In this document: positions 8,754-17,765 of the stretch, piece after piece | Layout: each line of letters opens with the position of its first letter | Numbering within the stretch: position 1 is the stretch's first letter | Assembly: GCA_963801165.1 (NCBI GenBank) | Contig: CAWDDT010000009.1 | Span: 512,001 to 576,000, forward strand | DNA from: an uncultured bacterium | Lineage (GTDB): Bacteria > Actinomycetota > Acidimicrobiia > Spongiisociales > UBA5794 | Length of the DNA: 64,000 bases | Direction: 5' to 3' | Notes under the pieces: generated by a model | Databases searched by the model: none | The model's input: the letters and a program-made list of their open reading frames with translations, nothing else | Told to the model about the DNA's origin: nothing | Made by a program: the position numbers and the translations under genes

Positions 8754-10145
8754 TCACAGGTGGAGGACGAGCTTGGCGGTGAGGAGGAAGCCGCCAAGAC
8801 CCACGGTGTCGGTAACCGCGGTCATGAAGATGTTCGAGGCCAGCGCGGGGTCGAGGCCGATCCGCCGCATGATGGTGGGGATCGACGAACCGACCACCCC
8901 GGCGATACTGAGGTTGACCATGACCGCAATTCCGATGATCAGACCGATATGGCTATCGCCGGCGACGAGCCCGCCCAGGAAGCCCGAGAGCAGGGCCGTC
9001 ATGACCCCGTTGGAGAGACCGATCAGCGCCTCGCGACGGATTGCCCGCCCCGCCCTGCCGGGGGGCAAACTGCCCACGGCCATCGCCCGGATGGTCACCG
9101 CCAGACCTTGTGCTCCCGAGTTACCGCCTACCGCGGCGACCAGCGGCATGAAGGCGGCGAGCGTTGGCCGGTCGCTGATGAGTGGCTCGAAAGTCCGGAT
9201 CAAAGTGGCGATCGCCAGCCCGATACCGAGGTTGAGCCAGATCCACGGAATCCGGCGGCGGACCGAGAGGGGGACCGCGGTGTAGACGGTCTCCTCGGCG
9301 CCTGCACCCACCATCCGGGCCACATCCTCGGTCGCTTCGGCCTGGACGGCCTCCATCGCCTCGTCGACCTTGACGATTCCGACGAGGTGATCGCTCGCAT
9401 CGGTCACCGGTAGCGAAATGATGCGGTAGCGCTGGATCAGCTCGGCGACGATCTCCCGGTCGGTGTCGACCGTCACCGAGACCGGATCGTCGAGCATGAT
9501 CTCTTCGAGACCGGTGTGGGGTCGGGCGAACACCAGCTCCCGGAACGGGACTACGCCGGCGATCTTCCCCTGAGGGTCTACCACGTAGACATATGTGAGG
9601 TTGGATCCGAGCTCCTCGTGGAGCTTCCGCAGTGACTCAATGGCCTCACCGGTGGTGAGACCGACCGGGAGTGCTGCGAAGTCGGTTGTCATCAGACCGC
9701 CGGCGCTGTCCGGGGGGTACGCAATGAGCTTGTTGATCGCGAGCCGCACATCCGGGTCCAGTGCCGCGATCACGTCCCGCCTGACTTGCTCCTCTTCGAG
9801 GGCTGCCAGCAGGTCGACCGCCTGATCCGGCTCCATCTCGGCGATCAGCTGGGCCGCCGCCTCGGTGTCCATCTCCTCGATGACGTCGGCAGCGGCCGCG
9901 GCTCGCATCTGGTCGAGGACGTCGGCGGCATCGTCGGCATCGAGATCACGGAGCAGGTCGGCGGCGTCTTCCTCGTCGAGGGCCTCGAGGATGTCGGCGG
10001 CGGAGCCCGGGTCGGTTTCTGCGATCTGTTCCCATTGCGCCTGGTGCGAATCGAGGAACTCCTCGGCCTCCTCGGGATGGAGTCGAGCTAGCTCTCTCAG
10101 GCGATGGCTGAGACGGCTCAGGCTGGTCTGGAAGGGAAGACGCAT
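8754..10145 (-). CDS. mgtE: magnesium transporter MgtE
   Basis: Acidic N-domain, SAGGLMT CBS pair, GGNSGAQ and DPALASNIFMTAVTD. Confidence 0.95.
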   Translation of the reverse strand: MRLPFQTSLSRLSHRLRELARLHPEEAEEFLDSHQAQWEQIAETDPGSAADILEALDEEDAADLLRDLDADDAADVLDQMRAAAAADVIEEMDTEAAAQLIAEMEPDQAVDLLAALEEEQVRRDVIAALDPDVRLAINKLIAYPPDSAGGLMTTDFAALPVGLTTGEAIESLRKLHEELGSNLTYVYVVDPQGKIAGVVPFRELVFARPHTGLEEIMLDDPVSVTVDTDREIVAELIQRYRIISLPVTDASDHLVGIVKVDEAMEAVQAEATEDVARMVGAGAEETVYTAVPLSVRRRIPWIWLNLGIGLAIATLIRTFEPLISDRPTLAAFMPLVAAVGGNSGAQGLAVTIRAMAVGSLPPGRAGRAIRREALIGLSNGVMTALLSGFLGGLVAGDSHIGLIIGIAVMVNLSIAGVVGSSIPTIMRRIGLDPALASNIFMTAVTDTVGLGGFLLTAKLVLHL

Positions 10146-10224
10146 GACGCCGCCAGACTAGGTGATTTGACGGCGTCGCGGCCTTTGAGGCCCGGGCATC
10201 CGCCGTCCCGGAAGTCCAGTGAAA

Positions 10225-10293
10225 TGCAACAGGCCCCCCAGGGGGGACGAGGGGGCCTGTTGGAAACCCGGGTGGTGGTGAATCACCCGGCTG
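10225..10293 (-). ncRNA. candidate 6C-like small RNA (two hairpins with C-rich loops)
   Basis: Minus strand: CCGGGTG-ATTCACCAC-CACCCGG then CAACAGGCCCCC-TCGTCCCCCCTG-GGGGGCCTGTTG; -10 TACTAT at 10303-10298. Confidence 0.5.
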
Positions 10294-10426
10294 CTACATA
10301 GTAACGCCACTTAAGTCGACAGCGAGTCGGCTTCGCGTCGCTAGTCCGCCTTCGGCCAGTGCCGCCGATGCCTGGCCAATCCCGGGTACCGGGGAGGCCG
10401 TAGACTGCCGCGGGAAAGGAGGTCAT

Positions 10427-11479
10427 ATGGAGCGATTGACATCGTTTTCGCACGGGGCCGGCTGAGCGTGCAAGCTCGGTCCTGACGAGTTGGCGCAGGT
10501 TCTGCGCCGTGTGAACAACTCACCGATCACCCGCCATAGCGACCTCATTGTCGGTATCGGCGGCTCCGACGACGCCGGTGTCTATCGGATCACCGACGAC
10601 ATTGCGCTCGTCCAGACGGTCGACTTCTTCACCCCCATCGTGGATGAGGCCTACGACTGGGGTCGGATCGCCGCGGCCAATGCGCTCTCCGATGTCTATG
10701 CGATGGGTGGGACCCCACTGACCGCGCTCCAGCTCGTGGGCTGGCCGCGGGACAAGCTCCCCTTCGACCTCCTCGGCGATGTCCTCGCCGGTGGCGCTGA
10801 AGTTCTCGAAGAAGCCCGGTGCACCCTGGTTGGTGGGCACAGTATCGACGACACCGAGCCCAAGTACGGCCTGGCGGTGACAGGCGTGGTCCACCCCGAC
10901 GACATCGTCACCAACGACGGCGCCCGACCCGGGGACGTCCTGGTCCTCACCAAGTCGCTCGGGACCGGGCTCATCGCCACCGCCATCAAGCGCGGTGTTG
11001 TCGATCAGGCCGTGCGTGACGCCGCCGTCGCGTCGATGACGCAGCTGAACGCCGGGCCGGCGCGGGCGATGCGCCGGGTAGGCGTGAGCGCTGCCACCGA
11101 CGTCACCGGCTTCGGGTTGCTCGGGCACCTTGGCGAGATGATCAGGGCGAGCGGGGTCAGTGCCGAGATCGAGTTTGCCGCGGTGCCGCTGCTGCCGGAC
11201 GCACTCAGGCTTGCCCAAGAGGACGTGGTTCCCGGGGGCACATTGCGTAACCTCGAAGCTGCGCGCCGGACCGCTCGATTCGGAGAGCTGGATCGGGCCC
11301 GGCAGATCGTGCTTGCCGACGCACAAACCAATGGGGGACTCCTGCTCACGGTCGAGACACCGCTGGCGAAAGCCCTGCTGCAGGCGCTGGAGGACGAAGA
11401 AAGCGCTGCAGCGGTGATAGGGAGGATCGTCGAGCGCGATTTCGCCGACGGGCCGACCGGCGCCATCACAGTTGTCTGA
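10427..11479 (+). CDS. selD: selenide, water dikinase (Sec-containing)
   Basis: RBS AAGGAGG, then MERLTSFSHGAG-TGA(10463-10465)-ACKLGP; DDAGVY, QTVDFFTP, GGHSIDD, TDVTGFGL and DAQTNGGLL. Confidence 0.95.
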
Positions 11480-11522
11480 CGCCGGCGTCGGGCGGTCCCT
11501 TACGACCCGGTACAGTCCGGCC

Positions 11523-12968
11523 ATGACTTCGACTCAGCCCGAATCCGGGCAGTTTGCCAAACATCTGGGCCGGGCGGCGTCTGCCCTCGATCGGTACCTG
11601 GAGCAGGACCCGGGTGATGCGATGCGGCGTTTCGGCCAATGGGATACGGCCCTGCGCGCCGCGCTTCCCGACGAGGGTCTCGGGATAGACGGAGCGATCG
11701 ATTCGCTCCTATCCGATATCCTGCCCAACGGCACACGACTTCCATATCCCGGGTTCTGGGGTTGGATCACGACCGGGCCGTCGACCGCGGCGACCGTCGC
11801 TGCCGCCGTCGCCAGTGTCGCCGCCCCACAGCGCTACACGATGACCGCGTTCAATCGACTCGAAGAGCTGTCGCTGCAGTGGCTGGCCGAGCTCTGCGGG
11901 CTCGAGCCGCATATGAAAGGGGTGTATTCGAGCGGCGGGTCGACGGCCAATCTGGTTGCACTCGGCGCCGCTCGCCAGTGGGCGTTCAGCCGTCGGGGCA
12001 TTGACCCGGCCGCACACGGACTCGACGGTGCGCCCGTCGCGATATATACGTCCACCGAGGCACACCACACCGTTCAGCGCTCGGCGGGCGTCCTTGGCCT
12101 GGGGCGGCGAAGTGTGCGCCCGATCCCGATAGACGACGGCCAGAGGATGCGGGTCGACGCCCTTGCGGAGATCATGGAACGAGATGCTGCAGACGGCGTC
12201 ATCCCCGTCGCGGTGGTGGCCGCGGCGGGCACCACAAACACCGGGGCCATCGACCCGCTGCGGCGGGCCGGCGAGCTGGCCCGCCGGTATGGGGCATGGT
12301 TCCATGTTGACGGGGCGTATGGCCTACCCGGGATTCTCGACCGGCGTGTCGCCCCTCTCTACGACGGTCTCGAACTGGCAGACTCGGTGATCGTCGATCC
12401 CCACAAGTGGCTCGGAGCCCCTGTTGGAGTGGCTGCTACGTTTGTGCGCGACCGTTCGATCCTGTTCGACGCATTCACCCAGGAGCCTGCCGCCTATCTC
12501 GAGGCAAACTTCGTCGAAGAACCTGAGACATCACTCGATTCGATGGGGATTCCCTACGCCGACTTTGGTGTGGAGCTGTCGGCACCGTCGCGAGGCGTGA
12601 TCGTGTGGGCGATTCTCACCGAGCTCGGCCGACGGGGGATGGCGGCGAGAGTGGTGGCGGATAACGATTTTGCCCGGCATGTCGCCGAGCGAGCCAGGCG
12701 TGAACCGGAGTTGGAGCTCCTCACCGATCCGACGTTGTCCATCTGCTGTTTCCGACACGTCGCACCGGCGGGCGTCGATCCCAACGAGTTCAACCAGCAG
12801 CTGTTGCGGCGTTTGCTGCGCGAGACGGATTTCATGCCGTCTTCGACACTGGTTGACGGGCGCTTCGCCATCAGACCGTGTTTCATCAACCTGCGGACCA
12901 CTCATGAGCACGTCGACGCTTTCGTGGATGCGGTGCTCCGCATTGGTGCCGAGTTGGGCGAGACCTGA
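11523..12968 (+). CDS. PLP-dependent group II (aromatic amino acid-type) decarboxylase
   Basis: SGGSTAN, AGTTNTGAIDP, HVDGAYG and DPHKWL (PLP lysine). Confidence 0.9.
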   Translation: MTSTQPESGQFAKHLGRAASALDRYLEQDPGDAMRRFGQWDTALRAALPDEGLGIDGAIDSLLSDILPNGTRLPYPGFWGWITTGPSTAATVAAAVASVAAPQRYTMTAFNRLEELSLQWLAELCGLEPHMKGVYSSGGSTANLVALGAARQWAFSRRGIDPAAHGLDGAPVAIYTSTEAHHTVQRSAGVLGLGRRSVRPIPIDDGQRMRVDALAEIMERDAADGVIPVAVVAAAGTTNTGAIDPLRRAGELARRYGAWFHVDGAYGLPGILDRRVAPLYDGLELADSVIVDPHKWLGAPVGVAATFVRDRSILFDAFTQEPAAYLEANFVEEPETSLDSMGIPYADFGVELSAPSRGVIVWAILTELGRRGMAARVVADNDFARHVAERARREPELELLTDPTLSICCFRHVAPAGVDPNEFNQQLLRRLLRETDFMPSSTLVDGRFAIRPCFINLRTTHEHVDAFVDAVLRIGAELGET

Positions 12969-12987
12969 TGTCGACCAGAATGTGAGC

Positions 12988-14013
12988 ATGGAGAAAGCCC
13001 GCTGGACTACCCACATCGGCAGCTCTACCTGTCCCCAGTGTGGCGAAGTAGCGGTCTCCGCGACGCACCCTGGGACGTGGCGACGGCTCTGGCGCCGGTT
13101 TGCCTTTGCAGAGGGGGTCGGGACGACCCTGACCTGTGGCAACGGCCACACCTGGGGTGCGGGCAGCTCCAGGGGCTACCACGAACGTCGCCTGCGGAGA
13201 GGCCGGCGCGCCTTCAAAGCGGTGCGGATCTTCGGCATGGTCAGACGGAGCCGGGCGATGACGCCGTTTCCCCTCACCTACCTGATGGCGATGGTGCTTG
13301 GTGTTGGCATCGGTGTTGTGGTCGACGTCTTGGGACCGGTGCCGTGGTGGCTGGTGACGGTGCTGGTGGTTGCCGCCGTGTGGCTGTTCTTCATGTCGAC
13401 GGCGTTCTGGGGTCCATATCGTCTACGACGGGCTGACTGGTTGCAGTTGACAGATCCACCACGTGCCCGCACCGAGGCGTACGCAGCGATCGCCCGGGCT
13501 GTCGGGGACGGGGAGCTCAAACCGTACGCCCTCGTTGGCTGGTCCGGGACTGCGTCACTTGGTGGATGGGGCAGGGGGCACGGCGGTTGGCATACGATCT
13601 CGCTCCGGTTCCGCGACGCTGGCGACGACCGTCGCTGGGTGGAGGTTGAGACAACCGTGGGGTCACATCCTGAGCCGTCGGAACTGCGCAAGAGGGGCCT
13701 CGCCGAGAACCTCGTCGCCCAGATCCCGGACATTCCCTCATTTGGCAGCAGCCAAGAGGCGCAAGCTTGGCATGCCAGACGCCGCCGTGATTACGAGCAT
13801 CGGCTCGCCACCCTGAAGTGGCAGCTCAGGCAGATAGTCGTCAACGGTGCGGTGGTCGGAGCTGAGGTAGCAAGCGTCGACGACGGCGTCGCCGTGTCTG
13901 CCGAGCATGACGGGGTTGTTATCCAGATCCTCGCCAGAAACGTCGCTGTCGGCGAGATCAAGCTGGCGCCAGTCCGGGATCTCGCACCCTACCTCGAGAA
14001 CATAGACTCCTAG
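12988..14013 (+). CDS. hypothetical membrane protein with N-terminal CxxC...CxxxH zinc-ribbon-like motif
   Basis: CPQC...CGNGH followed by two hydrophobic helices. Confidence 0.6.
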   Translation: MEKARWTTHIGSSTCPQCGEVAVSATHPGTWRRLWRRFAFAEGVGTTLTCGNGHTWGAGSSRGYHERRLRRGRRAFKAVRIFGMVRRSRAMTPFPLTYLMAMVLGVGIGVVVDVLGPVPWWLVTVLVVAAVWLFFMSTAFWGPYRLRRADWLQLTDPPRARTEAYAAIARAVGDGELKPYALVGWSGTASLGGWGRGHGGWHTISLRFRDAGDDRRWVEVETTVGSHPEPSELRKRGLAENLVAQIPDIPSFGSSQEAQAWHARRRRDYEHRLATLKWQLRQIVVNGAVVGAEVASVDDGVAVSAEHDGVVIQILARNVAVGEIKLAPVRDLAPYLENIDS

Positions 14014-14021
14014 ACGCCGGC

Positions 14022-15425
14022 TTACGCCCCGATGTCCTCCAGCCACTTCTCGGTGGACTCGATGTCCGTCAGGTTCGAATTCCACAGGGGGGCACGTTCC
14101 GGGTGATAGCGGGAGCCGATCGGGATCGAGTACTCGCCATGATCGTCGTACGTGCGTTCCCGTCCCAGGAGGCGGCGGAACACGGTCAGCGCCTCATCGC
14201 GATCTGCAACGGGCTGACCGTCGTAGATCCGACCCGAGAACATGTCGAGAACCTGCTCGCGGTACTTGCGATGGGCCATGTAGGCGAACGCAAGCGGGTT
14301 CTCCCAGAAGGTGTCGATCATGTCCTCGACCATGTCGATGGCACGCTCTGTGTGGTGCATGTAATCCCGGAACGGATCGTCTGAGTCCCGGCCCTTGCCG
14401 TCGAGCCAGCCCATGACCTGGTCCACGGCCAGCCCGGCCTCTTTCATCGCCACGTAGAGGCCGAATGAGAAGATCGGGTCGACAAATCGATGCGAGTCGC
14501 CGATGCACATGTAGCCGGGGCCTGCGAACTTGCGCACCTGCAGTGAATAGTTGGGGACGACGTGTGGTGGCTCCACCAACTCGAACTCATCCGGGACACG
14601 GCTGGCGAGTCCGCTGTTCATCGTCTTCAGCTCATGCTTGATGAACTCGGCCTGATCCATCCCGCTGTCGCGGAAGTACTTGGCGGGCACCACGACACCG
14701 ACGCTCGTGACATCGGTGTCGAGTGGTATCGCCCATGCCCAGTGATACTTCTTCTTGTAGAAGATGTGAGTGTTGCCGGAGCCGTGCTCGCGGTCGCTTC
14801 CGTCGTTGCGACGGTATGAATCGATCTGGGCGAACAGGGCGATTTGCTTGTCGTACGAGCCCTTGTACTTGGGCCCCGTTGCCCCGCGGTTGGCGAGGAA
14901 GGTCGCCTGTCCCGAGCAGTCGAGAGTCATCTCGGCCCGGATGTCGATCTCCCTGGTGCCACCATTGCTACCAACGGCGACCCGGGCGCCCTGCACGACG
15001 CCGTTCTCATCCACTAACGGGTCGATTGCCCGGCCGTCGACCAGCTCTGCTCCGCTGTTGATGGCCTTGTCCAACAGAAGCTGATCGAATTCGCTGCGCT
15101 TCACTGAGTAGGTATGGATCTCGTGCAGCACTTTGTCCTCGGTGCGCTGCATGACAGGGACCCACCAGTTGGAGCCGCCCTTGGTGCCGAAGACGTTGAC
15201 GCCGTGTTTGATTGTGTGGTTGCTCTCGGTGAGCTGTTCGTCAATGCCGAGTTCACGAACGATCGAACCGCCCTCACCGGTCATTGCCTCGCCCACGTGG
15301 AACCGCGGGAACTTCTCCCGCTCAACGATCACGGGCTTGACGCCCTGTGCGAGCAGCCTGAGCGCAGCGGTGGCCCCTGCAGGGCCCCCACCGATTATCA
15401 AGACATCTTGCTTATCCATCCCCAT
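14022..15425 (-). CDS. flavin-dependent halogenase-family FAD oxidoreductase
   Basis: GGGPAG, FPRFHVGE, WAWAIP (WxWxIP) and FVDPIFSFG. Confidence 0.8.
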   Translation of the reverse strand: MGMDKQDVLIIGGGPAGATAALRLLAQGVKPVIVEREKFPRFHVGEAMTGEGGSIVRELGIDEQLTESNHTIKHGVNVFGTKGGSNWWVPVMQRTEDKVLHEIHTYSVKRSEFDQLLLDKAINSGAELVDGRAIDPLVDENGVVQGARVAVGSNGGTREIDIRAEMTLDCSGQATFLANRGATGPKYKGSYDKQIALFAQIDSYRRNDGSDREHGSGNTHIFYKKKYHWAWAIPLDTDVTSVGVVVPAKYFRDSGMDQAEFIKHELKTMNSGLASRVPDEFELVEPPHVVPNYSLQVRKFAGPGYMCIGDSHRFVDPIFSFGLYVAMKEAGLAVDQVMGWLDGKGRDSDDPFRDYMHHTERAIDMVEDMIDTFWENPLAFAYMAHRKYREQVLDMFSGRIYDGQPVADRDEALTVFRRLLGRERTYDDHGEYSIPIGSRYHPERAPLWNSNLTDIESTEKWLEDIGA

Positions 15426-15608
15426 TTTCACCGTGCTCCGTTGCGGCTTTGAACGCGGAAGAGATCGCCCCACGGCTTCCTCCCTCGGTCGGGACTATAG
15501 AGGACAGATCGCGGGTCCAACAGAGTCGTTTTTCCCCCCGCCCTCTGATGGGTCATGTCCCCGTTTCGCTCTTGACGCGTCCGATAGTCTGACTCGCCAG
15601 ATGGGAGG

Positions 15609-16859
15609 ATGTCTTTGGGGACAATGACAAGCAGCGGACTGACTGCGTACTTCCTGTTGGATGTCGTTCTCATCCTGATTGCTGCCCGAATCGTCGGCTC
15701 GGCGTTTACACGCATTGGCCAGCCACGTGTTGTGGGGGAAATAGTGGCCGGGATCCTGCTTGGCCCGACCTTCCTGGGTGACCGGGTGCTCGACTTGTTT
15801 CCCGCTCCCTCTCAGGCGGTCCTCGCCAACCTCGGTCAGGTGGGGCTGCTGTTCCTCATCTTCCTGTCAGCTCTGGAGATCGACCTCGATCTGCTCAGGA
15901 GGCACATGTTCAGTGTCGTGTCGATCGGCGTGGGTGTAGTGGCGGTTCCCTTGCTCGCCGGGTACCTGATCAGTCCCATGCTCGCCAACGACACCTTCCA
16001 GGTGCCGGGTACCTCAGCAGCAGGATTCGGATTGTTTGTTGGTGCGATGCTTGCCATCACGGCTCTTCCTGTGATGGCCCGGATCTTCCAGGAAAAGCAA
16101 GTCACTACATCCCGGATCGCAGCGATCAGCCTCGCGGCCGCCGCGGTGTGCACCGTTCTGATGTTCGTCGCCAGCTCCGTCGCGTCCTCCATTTCTACCC
16201 ACGAGAGCACGGTGCAGATTCTCGGAGAGGTGGCTCTGGTCGCTGGCTACCTGCTGGCTATGTTCGCGGTCGTCAGGCCATTGGCGAAGCGGCTGATGAA
16301 ACACCACGCCGATGAGGTCTCAACCGGGGATTTTGTGGCCGTGTTGATCGTGGCGATCGGCTCCGGGTACGTTGCCCACCTGCTCGGATTGACCGTGATC
16401 GTCGGCGGCTTTGTGGCAGGGTTGATTCTTCCCAGACGTCGCATTCTCTTTCAATTGCTGGACGGCCGGCTCGGGGAGCTGACATCGGCGATTCTGCTTC
16501 CGATATTCCTCGCCGTTTCCGGTCTGGCGACTGACTTCAGGCTCCTTTCTCGTTCGGCTTTCGGTGGTTTGCTTGTGTTGCTCGTCGTCGCGGTCGCTTC
16601 GAAATGGATCGGCGGGGCCGTCTTCGCCAGGTTTGGCGGTATCAGCTGGGCGGAGGGCAATGTCGTGGGCGCTCTGATGAACTGCCGTGGGCTGTTGGTG
16701 CTCGTGGTTGCACTCGGCGGAGTCCAGGGTGGGGTCATCACCCCCGTCCTCCAACTCGGCGCCGTTCTGGTGGCTCTTGTCACCACCGCCATGACCGGGC
16801 CTCTGTTCGATCGCTTTATGCAGCGGTTGCCTGAGCCAGATCCTGTTTCGCAACCGTGA
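15609..16859 (+). CDS. cation:proton antiporter (CPA2)
   Basis: GQPRVVGEIVAGILLGP, ITALPVMARI and LMNCRGL; many TM helices. Confidence 0.9.
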   Translation: MSLGTMTSSGLTAYFLLDVVLILIAARIVGSAFTRIGQPRVVGEIVAGILLGPTFLGDRVLDLFPAPSQAVLANLGQVGLLFLIFLSALEIDLDLLRRHMFSVVSIGVGVVAVPLLAGYLISPMLANDTFQVPGTSAAGFGLFVGAMLAITALPVMARIFQEKQVTTSRIAAISLAAAAVCTVLMFVASSVASSISTHESTVQILGEVALVAGYLLAMFAVVRPLAKRLMKHHADEVSTGDFVAVLIVAIGSGYVAHLLGLTVIVGGFVAGLILPRRRILFQLLDGRLGELTSAILLPIFLAVSGLATDFRLLSRSAFGGLLVLLVVAVASKWIGGAVFARFGGISWAEGNVVGALMNCRGLLVLVVALGGVQGGVITPVLQLGAVLVALVTTAMTGPLFDRFMQRLPEPDPVSQP

Positions 16860-16930
16860 TGGGGTAGCCGGAGAGCGGGCCCGGTCGGCTACAGACTCGA
16901 TCGACGGCGCCGTCGTTTAGCATCGGTAGC

Positions 16931-17755
16931 GTGAATACCACCCTTCTCCATGTGATCTGTGACTACGCGCCCGATGGCCTAGAGTTCGCTGAGATCAAGA
17001 CCCGGTTCCATGCAACGCTCGCCACCCCGGGCTCGGTGCACATTCACCATACGGCTACGCCGCCACTCGACACCATCGCGGTTGGATTTGCCACGGCTCA
17101 GCTCGGTCTTGGCCCGAAGACATCACGGATGGTGATATTCGGCAACTCAGCACCACGCCGGGACCAGGATGCAGAATCGACCGAGAACCGGGGCCGCGGT
17201 CTTCGGTACGCCAGGCTCGACAACGGCGCAGAAGTGGTCAGCGTCGCCTCGGAGTACACGTTCAGCTTCATCAAGGACCATATTGTCGAATATCGCGATA
17301 TTGATAGCCCGGCGAGCGGGTCCCAGTTCCGGTCGCGTGACTTCTTCCCGACCTACGTGTCTGCAATTATCGATGGCGACTACTCGGCGCTCACCGACGT
17401 CCTCGACCCGGCCGACATCGAAGACGTGCCGTCGCATCGGGTGGCCTGGACCGACGGGTTTGGCAACATCAAGACCACCGTGCGCAAGTCTCACCTCGCC
17501 ACCGCCGGGCTCCACACCGGTGACCGGGTACTGGTCACCCTGAACGGTGTCACACTGGCGGGTGTGATCTCCGACGGTGGCTTCACCGTTCCCCGGGGCG
17601 TACTCGCCGTGAACGCAGGCTCTTCCGGATTCGGCGACCCCTTCGTCGAACTGTTTCTCCGGGTCCATCACATGAGCGAGAAGACGGCGGCGGTCCGTTT
17701 CGACCGGCCGGCCGGCGGCACCCCGCTGGAGATAGAGCCGCTGCGGAGTCTGTAG
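16931..17755 (+). CDS. DUF62 / SAM-dependent halogenase-hydroxide adenosyltransferase superfamily protein
   Basis: N-terminal ICDY, SQFRSRDFFP, DGFGNIKT and VNAGSSG. Confidence 0.75.
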   Translation: MNTTLLHVICDYAPDGLEFAEIKTRFHATLATPGSVHIHHTATPPLDTIAVGFATAQLGLGPKTSRMVIFGNSAPRRDQDAESTENRGRGLRYARLDNGAEVVSVASEYTFSFIKDHIVEYRDIDSPASGSQFRSRDFFPTYVSAIIDGDYSALTDVLDPADIEDVPSHRVAWTDGFGNIKTTVRKSHLATAGLHTGDRVLVTLNGVTLAGVISDGGFTVPRGVLAVNAGSSGFGDPFVELFLRVHHMSEKTAAVRFDRPAGGTPLEIEPLRSL

Positions 17756-17765
17756 CTCGATCGGG

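Noticed and set aside
8337-8797. Repetitive ORFs (101 and 148 aa) over the tandem array
   Set aside because: They arise because the unit length is a multiple of 3; there is no other coding evidence.
10146-10426. tRNA-Sec (selC) or an M-box riboswitch near selD and mgtE
   Set aside because: No cloverleaf or recognisable M-box consensus was seen by eye; only the two C-loop hairpins are supported.
10427-12968. selD plus decarboxylase as a selenometabolite (selenoneine-like) cluster
   Set aside because: No SenA/EgtB-like or SenB glycosyltransferase gene is adjacent; SelD is adequately explained by Sec synthesis.
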